Assembly: GCA_951406725.2 (NCBI GenBank)
Contig: OX597825.1
Location: forward strand, 83,824,001 to 83,888,000
Length of the DNA: 64,000 nucleotides
DNA from: Octopus vulgaris
Lineage: Eukaryota
Direction: 5' to 3'
The notes beneath the pieces were generated by a model. That model made no database searches and was not told the origin of the DNA. It was given only the letters and a program-made list of their open reading frames with translations. The position numbers and the translations under genes are program-made. Each line of letters starts with the position of its first letter. Positions within the stretch are counted from its first letter, which is position 1. Shown here in pieces: positions 54,659 to 64,000 of this stretch.

Positions 54659-55222
54659 GAAGGAGGAAGAGGAGGAGGAGGAGGAGGAGGAGGAGAAGGA
54701 GGGGGAGGAGAATAAGAAGAAGAAGAAGAAGGAGAAGGAGAAGAAGAAGAAGAAGAAGAAGAAGAAGGGAAGAAGAAGAAGAAGAAGAAGAAGGAGAAGA
54801 AGGGGAAGAAGAAGAAGAAGAAGAAGAAGAAGAAGAAGGGGAAGAAGAAGAAGAAGAGAAGAAGGGGAAGAAGAAGGGGAGAAGAAGGGGAAGAAGAAGA
54901 AGAAGAAGAAGAAGGAGAAGAAGGGGAAGAAGAAGAAGAAGAAGAAGAAGAAGAAGGGGAAGAAGAAGAAGAAGGGGAAGAAGAAGGGGAGAAGAAGGGG
55001 AAGAAGAAGGGAAGAAGAAGAAGAAGAAGAAGAAGAAGAAGAAGAAGAAGGGGAAGAAGAAGAAGAAGAAGAAGAAGAAGAAGAAGAAGAAGAAGAAGAA
55101 GAAGAAGAAGAAGGGGAAGAAGAAGGGGAAGAAGAAGGGGAAGAAGAAGGGGAAGAAGAAGAAGAAGAAGAAGAAGAAGAAGAAGAAGAAGAAGAAGAAG
55201 AAGAAGAAGAAGAAGAAGAAGA
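54659..55222. repeat. (GAA/GGA/GGG)n polypurine tract
   Basis: ~560 bp almost purely purine. Confidence 0.95.
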
Positions 55223-55897
55223 ATGAATGAATGAAATGAGAAAACGTAATGCGATTCTGTTTTCGAAATTTTACTGCCAGAGGTGAGGTAGATGTATGAC
55301 AAAGAATGAAGGAGGCTGACATTTCCAAGTTAATAAATATTGACAGATTATGGTATTAGTTATAATGATGGAGTGATAAAAGCAATGAAGACACCTCGCA
55401 ACCAATTGTATCAAGAGACACAAGGAAAAGCAAAGGAGGAGGGGGGGAGGGGGGAAGAATTCATTTTAATGGAGAGAGTTATGACTGTTAGTTTTTGAAC
55501 TGGAAATTTAACGATAACACGATAAATAAAGAAGAGCTTCAGTCTTAAGTTACGGTGTTTGTTTGCTTTAGGAGAGAGACCAAGAATATCCGTCGTATAA
55601 AGTGAGTTGTTGGAAAGAGGGTAAAGCTGATCAGTGAAATCAGGTACTAGACTGTTAAATGAAGGAGGCAGTTCCAAGTTCGAATCTCATCATGAAAGCT
55701 GGGCCAATGACAAAGAAACAAAATGGACTTTCTTTAATGGCAGCCAACAAGAAAGACCTCTAAATAATTTTACACGTTACGACATCTAAAATTTCTATTT
55801 ACCTATCCAACAATGATTTGTTTTACGAATTTCTCTTAAGTCGTTCCGTATTGTCTTGAATAAAAGAAAGATGCATTAGACGATGCATATACAACAC

Positions 55898-55992
<95 letters not shown>

Positions 55993-56156
55993 ATAATAAT
56001 AAATATTAGGGAATAAATCCAAATTTACAGGGAAAATTAATTAAGATATCCACATATTTAATTTATATAAATTTTTTTTATGTATTGGATTAAGTCTTTC
56101 TTTGTTTGATTTGCATAATAGTGGTTTTGTCTCTAATTAATATTATATATATATAT

Positions 56157-56320
56157 TAGAAGGTTTGGAGATGATGTACAGGTATTATATATTAGGAGGA
56201 ATGAGGTACTCAGAATCTGGATGGTTTTATATTTACAGATATTTATTAATATGCCACATGTTTTTATAAATCGTATAATAGCGCTTGCGTCCACTCTAGT
56301 GAAGTCGTCAGATTGAACTT
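56157..56320 (-). mobile_element. PLE-like fragment with hammerhead-like motif (GCAA variant) at ~56276-56315
   Basis: CAAU-CUGACGA-C-UUCAC-UAGA-GUGGA-C-GCAA-GCGC-UA; homologous to 34368-34530. Confidence 0.6.
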
Positions 56321-56345
56321 TATCTATATATATATAGTTAAATAG

Positions 56346-56533
56346 TTAAATGCATACAATATAAAGTTATGAGCTACTAATAGTATCATACATTGGAGAT
56401 CTTGTCTTGACAGGTTTTAATAAGATTTCTTGGAGAAACTAAGCTTCAAGCAATCTTATTAAAACCTGCCAAGACAACATCTCCAATGTATGAAACTCTT
56501 ACTAGCTCATAACTATATACTATGCACATTAAA
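56346..56533. mobile_element. MITE-like fold-back, ~88-bp arms
   Basis: catacattggagat..ggttttaataagatt / aatcttattaaaacc..atctccaatgtatg. Confidence 0.8.
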
Positions 56534-57270
56534 CAATGTTTATATTTCACCGGATGGAGTATATCTAGTTTGTTTGGGAAATTTAGACTATATATATATA
56601 CATAAAAGATGGTACGGTCATGACTGAAATGTCTTTGATCACTGGGATGCCAGTTCAAATCTAAACAAGGGTCAAACCACAGCAGAACCGGCAACAAATT
56701 GAACTTATTTTGTTAACTTTCAATACTTATATTTGCGAATGGTAGCGTTGTATAATACAAACACACAAATGAGGCGAGAGAGAGACAGACTGACAGACTG
56801 ACAAACAGACAGTTTCCCACGCACAAATACACACAGACACACACAGTTGCATATATCTATGCAAAATGAGAGAAGATGTGAGGAAGCTGAAAAAGGGCAA
56901 GAAAGCGAGCATAAACGGGGTAAATATATGCTTTCAGTGATTAAGTCTATTCACCGTTCCACAGCTGGAACCGGGACAGGACTTAAAAATTGGAAATCAT
57001 TTCTAGAGAGACCACGGGAGACACGGTATACAATATGGTTTCTTTCTGTTTTGTGGTTATTGTTGAAATGAAAGAGTTTAATAAACTCCAAATATGGACG
57101 ATATAGACACAGCAACCAAGAATTGCGTTAGTTATCAGCGAGTTAATGCGATTCTATACACAAGTAGAGAAATTTGTAAGCAATCAGGAATTCTAGAATA
57201 AAAAGCACATATCTATACACACATACACACACACATACATACAAACACACACATATATATGAGTGTGTGC

Positions 57271-57330
<60 letters not shown>

Positions 57331-57340
57331 ACACACACAT

Positions 57341-57371
<31 letters not shown>

Positions 57372-57714
57372 CGAGATATATGAATGCGTGGATGTGGTTG
57401 TGTTATTAGTCTATAGGTGTGTGTGTGTGACTGTGTGTGTGCATGTATGTGAGTGTATAGATGTTCTCATTTATCTGTGTGGGTACATGAGTGTGGGTGT
57501 GTTTGGGTGTGCAAATGCACCTAGTGTGTGTGTGTGTGTGAGTGCACGTACTTGTGTGTTCATGTGTTTATCCAAGTATATGGAGACGGAATTAGGGGCG
57601 AAATTACGGGATGCATAAAGTTGTGGGGTTCAGTCTGCGGGGGCATTGGTGCGTTGGAACTCTGCCCTTGGTTGTGGTTCTAGAGAGCAGCCGATTTTAA
57701 GGTGCAACGTCTGA

Positions 57715-58245
57715 GTTGTCGGCAGCCAGTGGTTCACAAAGAGAGAATACAACTGGTGGCAGCAATGGGAAAGTTCATATTTCCGGTTGATAGATACTGC
57801 AGGTTGATGGAGGATGTGCAGACGTTTATGCAGGCAAAGATGGCAACTGCGGCTGTTGGGTGAATAGGATAGCGCCTTGCCGACAATGGTCTATTTGATG
57901 CTAGATATTTCATTCCAGAGGTCAGGGAGGCTCCAGAGGGAGTGAAAGAAAGATGTGGAATTCGCTTTACCTCTGCATCTGAGCGAATGCACGTGCTGTG
58001 TGTATCTTCCCTTGAAATACTTGACTGTCATGCTCGTTTAGTGCCTTGTGATGCAAACAGATGGCGTGAGGGTGACTCTGTAGACCACAGACCTTGAGAA
58101 GCAGGACTCTCCTAGAGAGCATCTAGTAGGATTTCTGGAGTTACAGGATGGGGTTGGAGGTTGTGCAGATGCATGTTTGCGACTGTTGTAGTGTGCAAAA
58201 TTAGAAGTTATGTTACTTAAGCAGGAATAACTCACTTTGACGTTA
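57715..58245 (-). mobile_element. Penelope-like (Naiad-like) GIY-YIG endonuclease pseudogene
   Basis: SYSCLSNI..CNSRNPTRCSLGESCFSRSVVY..FKGRYTQHVHS..ANST..IVGKALSYSPNSRSCHLCL..INRKYELSHCCH. Confidence 0.8.
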
Positions 58246-58273
58246 TATTTGTTGAAATATTTATATACAGACC

Positions 58274-58311
<38 letters not shown>

Positions 58312-58313
58312 CA

Positions 58314-58382
<69 letters not shown>

Positions 58383-58879
58383 CAAGCGAGTCTTCATTAA
58401 GTATGTTCTTTCAACAAGATAACAGGTTACAAATTGTTACAACAGTTGGAAATTCTATTTATCTCTCTTAGCAATATCTTTTCCCAGTGACACCTTTACT
58501 AAACTCTAACATATCATTTCTATGTCTCCTTTCTAAACAGCTTCTCTATTTTTCTTTATATATATGTAATTCAATATTTTTCAGCCTGGTTACAAAACAA
58601 ACTCGCCTTTACAAATATGACAGTTATAACATTATATAAAAATGATGTGACATTTCTTTGCCGTTAATCCAACCATCCGTTAATAAAAACATTAGCATTC
58701 GTTTATGCGGCAATTTTCAACCATTCCGTTCCATACAAAGTTGGTTGATCCTTTCCCCCTTTTCTTTAGTATTTCCTCTCCTTTCTGTTTTATTGTTGTC
58801 TACAACAGGCCACCACCACTACCACAGCCGTTTCATCAAATTATTTTGACATATGCAATATTTCTATTACCTTGTTACT

Positions 58880-58915
58880 TTTCCTGAAGAATCGCGCGCT
58901 GAAACTGCAGTGAAA
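58880..58915 (+). ncRNA. Minimal hammerhead-like motif
   Basis: UUUC-CUGAAGA-AUCGCGCGCU-GAAA-CUGCAG-U-GAAA (position 17 missing). Confidence 0.55.
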
Positions 58916-59051
58916 TTGTAATGGCTAACAGCTGCAACTTTGTTGAATAATGAAATATACATGTATACATGTTTTGTGCTTGTATGTCTGTATATGCAGC
59001 GAAAAGCTGTTGGCCATTGAGTAACTTTTGTAACGTTCCGAGAATTCGAAA

Positions 59052-59097
<46 letters not shown>

Positions 59098-59120
59098 ATG
59101 TATGCATGTATGTATATATA

Positions 59121-59153
<33 letters not shown>

Positions 59154-59250
59154 AAATGTATTACACTGTATGTATACACACAGATACGTCTATATATTCA
59201 TGTGTATATACTAACATTATCTATATATATACACATATATATACATACAT

Positions 59251-59356
<106 letters not shown>

Positions 59357-59375
59357 GTATATATATATATATATA

Positions 59376-59610
59376 ATGGCGGCGAGTTGGGAGAAACGTT
59401 AGCGCACCGGGCGAAATGCTTACTTAGCGCTATTTCATCTGTCGCTACGTTGTGAGTTCAAATTCCGCCGAGGTCGACTTTGCCTTTCATCCTTTCAGGG
59501 TCGATAAATAAAGTACCAGTTACGCAATGGGGTCGATGTAATCGACTTAATCCTTTTGTATGTCCTTGTTTGTCCTCTCTATTTTTAGCCCCTTGTGGTA
59601 GTAAAGAAAT
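59376..59610 (+). mobile_element. SINE family A
   Basis: Consensus match. Confidence 0.9.
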
Positions 59611-59921
59611 ATATATATATATATATATATATATACTTTCGAAATCTCGGAACGTTACAAAGTTACTCAATGGCCAACAGCTTTTCGCTATTTGAGTCGC
59701 CTACGTTTCTGCTGATAAAAAAAATAAACAAGCGGACAAAGGCTTACTTGATTTGGTTGCTCGACGTATTTTGGCGTTGCATAATGCTTTGCGTAATCTA
59801 AATATTCTTATAATGTCGAACTAAAAACTCCTGAGGAAACAATTGCAGCTACATCCAAAACGCATTCAGGTTCTTATTATTAGATGTATCCACACACACA
59901 CATTTATATATGTGTGTGTAT

Positions 59922-60108
59922 TGAAGGGGAGCTGGCGGAATCGTTAGCACGCCGGTCGAGATACTTAGCAGCATTTCGTCCGTCTTCTGCCGAGATTGAC
60001 TTTTATCCTTTCGAGGTCGATAGAAGAAGTAGCAGTTGAGCACTGGAGTTAATGTAATTGTCTTGCCCCTACCCCTGAAATTGCTGGCCTCATGCTAAAT
60101 TTTGAAAT
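59922..60108 (+). mobile_element. SINE family A (diverged)
   Basis: Consensus match. Confidence 0.7.
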
Positions 60109-62059
60109 ATCTGTATCTCTACCCATATATGCGAGTTTGTGTATGTGTGTACGTATATGTACGTGTGTGTATAAATATAAATGTATAGGCGTAGGAGACC
60201 GATAGAATAAGTGCTAGGCTTACAAAGAATAAGTACTAGGTTTACAAAGAATAAGTCCTGGAGTTGATTTGCTCGACTAAAGATGGTGCTCCAGCATGGC
60301 CACAGTCAAATGACTGAAACAAGTAAAAGAGTAAAGAGAGGATACATATATATACACACATATGTATACATATATATATATAGGTGTATGTCTATATGTA
60401 TATAGACATACATATATACATATATGTGTACATACATATGTATATAAATTGATACACGTACACAGGATGCGCTCCTGCATAGCTTCTCTGTAACAAATTC
60501 TTCGTGTAGTTTATTGGTCAACAACACCAATGGCGAAGACGAGTACGACATTTCTTGCTTAAGCTGTCAGACACTGATAAAACGCAGTTGAGAAGCTAAA
60601 TTGCAAACGGCGCGAATCATGGCTGCTCCCATTAATAACCCATAACGTAGCCATTTAATAAACGATATCACCGAGTTGATCGTTGTTTGTTTATTTTTGT
60701 TTTATTTGTTTCGTGTCAATAATGGCAACAATGCAAGTAGCAGCGACAAACAGCCTTGTTTAAACAAAATTCTCTCGTTTCACTCAACTGGTATTTAAGA
60801 AAATACCATTTTAAAACAGATGTCTCCGACAGCAACAAAAGCAGTAACAGATATCAACAAATAATTATATTGAAAGAGAGATTTCAACAAGTTTGCCATA
60901 CAAAATAACCCGTATGCAAGTAGAACGTCCACAGTTTGCAATAAATTGAATTAATAACCAAAGTACACAGATTCTGAATAAATTGTCGTGTTTGCTGTAT
61001 AACTTTAATAAGGTACTTGAATAAATATGTCTTCCCTCTTTTTATTTCTTGCCTTTCGGTTCCTTCTTTCTTTCATTTAAATCCATAACATCTCTGTAAT
61101 CATGCTCCTGTCGTTAGTGGTGTCGCAGTTGCTGCTACCACCGGTTTTGCTGTTATTGTTGTTGTGGTACTGTTGTTGTTTTTAAATAATTGGATTCATT
61201 TTCTAATCCGTCTTCCATGCGAAATACACACACGAACTAAAGCAACATAAATATCATAAAACAACAGAAAAGAAAAGCAATGTTTGGTTTTAGGTTCTTG
61301 TAATGGTATTTTCCTACATTATTCTATCGAGCATTGGTTGTTTGGAAAGAATAGCAGAGTCAGAACCGATATTTCGTTTACCAATAAAAATATTGGAAAA
61401 TTTAAATTCTACATTAAATTCCAGCAACACGCATTGTATGTAATATTTGCAATCGTTTTTATTGAAATGTCATTTGTCTCTTTCTATTAACCTTTTGGGC
61501 TTATCTGTGCCATTACCATTCTTAGGATTAGAAATTATTCCGTAATACTTAATTCAAATCAACAAACGGATCAATACTTTGGTCAAAACAGACCGTTGGA
61601 ATTATCCATCTGATAAGAACTGAATTCTGTGTATTTATATATGTGTGTGTGTGTGCGTGCGTGTGGTGTATGTATCTGTGTGTGTGAGTGTATGTGTCTC
61701 TGTGTGTGGGGGAGTGTGTGTGTCTATGTGTGTATGTGAGTGTGTGTGTGAGTGTGTGTGTGTGCGCGTGTGAACCAATTCTTTTATCACATAAACGTCA
61801 GCTTCCGTTAACATTCGATACGTAGAAATGGGAATAAAATGTGAAAATTACCGATGCAATAATCCCGGATTAGCAATATTATAGGATTAAAATTATTAGA
61901 AGAGATAATTCAGGATATCATGACAAATTACGGAAACGTACCTACGTGAACGTCCATATATATATATACATAATTATGTAGTATCAACCCTATATATATA
62001 TATATATATGTAGTATCAATCCAATCCGTCCGCGTCCTTATATAGATAGATAGACAGAC

Positions 62060-62162
<103 letters not shown>

Positions 62163-62163
62163 G

Positions 62164-62233
<70 letters not shown>

Positions 62234-62716
62234 TTAGATAGATACATCCATCCATACATACATACATGCATACATACATACGTATACACATACATACATA
62301 TACACATACATACATATACACAAAGACACACGCACACACACGCGTATACACATGCACGTTAACATTCAGAATCTCGGAATTACTGCATCTTTGATCCCAC
62401 AGAGCTAAGATGTAATCGGTTTATTTTGGATTAACAATGATTGGTTATGGATTGTATATTATCAACATTTAAGAATTGTGTGATTCAGTCAAGCGGAAAC
62501 TTGTTAAAACCATATCGGTTGAGTGTGTTTGTATGTGGCTGTATTTGTTGACTGTGTATGCGTGTATATGTGTGTGCGCTGTAGGTAGGAAGAACATCCG
62601 TCTGTTGCAAGTATGTGTGTGTGTGTGTGTCTGTGTCTGTGTACATATTTATGTATGATCTTCTGTGTGGGTGAAAGAGAGAGAGAGAGAGACAAAGCTC
62701 CTGTTGTACATATGCT

Positions 62717-62810
<94 letters not shown>

Positions 62811-62902
62811 CATATATATGAGGGAATATTAAAAACTTACAGGGAAAAATTCAATTTAGAAATACTAAATCAAATTTCACAAAATATAATATATATATAT
62901 AT

Positions 62903-62946
<44 letters not shown>

Positions 62947-62955
62947 TATATATAT

Positions 62956-63051
<96 letters not shown>

Positions 63052-63083
63052 ATGAATTGATGAAAGGTGGTTTTTGTCTAATT

Positions 63084-63116
<33 letters not shown>

Positions 63117-63534
63117 ATCTATATATATATGATATAATGTATGTATTTATAATAATAATAACAATAATCCTTGGAAGGAATTTATAAACATGTAATGCAT
63201 CGCTACACGCGTTTCCACAGGTCACATGACTCTTAAAATCACAGTCCATATTCCTGGGATGCTTACAGCGTTGTCCGTAATAGCTGACTATACTGTAAGC
63301 CCGATTTTACTTTTCATCTTTTTGAGGTCGATAAGATATGTACGAGTCAAGTAATCGCCTTCCCCTTCCCCTCAAAAACTACTGGCCCTGTGCCAAAATT
63401 TGAAGCCGTTCTTTTATGGATCCTTGAAAAGTAGATATTTCTTCTTTGGGCAATCTATTTTAGAAGATTCCATGCAACATTTAAATTTAATAGAAAAGTG
63501 CAAAATCGGAAACGGAAAACTGTAATATATACAT

Positions 63535-63698
63535 AGGCGTAGGAGTGGCTGTGTGGTAAGTAGCTTGCTTATCAACTACACGATTCCGGATTCAGTCCCA
63601 CTGCGTGGCATCTTGGGCAATTATCTTCTACTATAGACTCGGGCCGACCAAAGGCTTGTGAGTAAATTTGGTAGACAGAAATTGAAAGAAGCCCGTCG

Positions 63699-63767
<69 letters not shown>

Positions 63768-63957
63768 CTATGTTTGTCCCCTCAACATCGGTTGATAATC
63801 GATGCTTGTGCGTTTACATCGCCGTAACTTAGCGGTTCGGCAAAAGAGACCGATAGTATAAGTAATAGGCTTACAAAGAATAAGTACTAGGGTCGATTTG
63901 CTCGACTAAAGGTGGTGCTCCAGCATGGCCACAGTCAAATCACTGAAACAAGTAAAA
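63535..63957 (+). mobile_element. SINE family B, full length
   Basis: Consensus match. Confidence 0.9.
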
Positions 63958-64000
63958 TAATATATTTAAAATATCGCTCACACGTTGGACAATAGTACTA

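Noticed and set aside
54489-55226. 245-aa E/K/R-rich ORF
   Set aside because: Mostly a GAA repeat; the short unique N-terminus has no recognisable domain or splice support.
55480-55690. 88-aa ORF as a gene
   Set aside because: More likely a decayed LINE 3' region; too diverged to assign.

Overview
This is an AT-rich, microsatellite-saturated animal genomic window. The repeat families suggest an octopus/cephalopod genome (inference). I found no intact protein-coding gene, and almost all supplied ORFs are translations of (TA)n, (CA)n, (TAA)n, (TAGA)n or (GAA)n. The window is a transposon graveyard: a 20-bp minisatellite, dozens of tRNA-derived SINE copies, RTE, CR1/L2 and R4/Dong LINE fragments, two Tc1/mariner remnants, fold-back inverted repeats, and two Penelope-like element (PLE) GIY-YIG endonuclease relics. 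The main discovery is a dense set of type I hammerhead ribozymes (HHRs) read directly from the sequence. A young 493-bp tandem unit (45398-46281, minus strand) carries two intact HHRs with a long G-U-rich stem II; double cleavage would release a 493-nt structured monomer, as in retrozymes/circRNAs. More than ten further intact-core, variant or degenerate HHRs occur in other (TA)n-embedded elements. These include a five-copy family with a conserved non-canonical CUGUNGA core (A6U) and a family with GCAA in place of GAAA. All folds and alignments were done by eye, and SINE/LINE boundaries are approximate.
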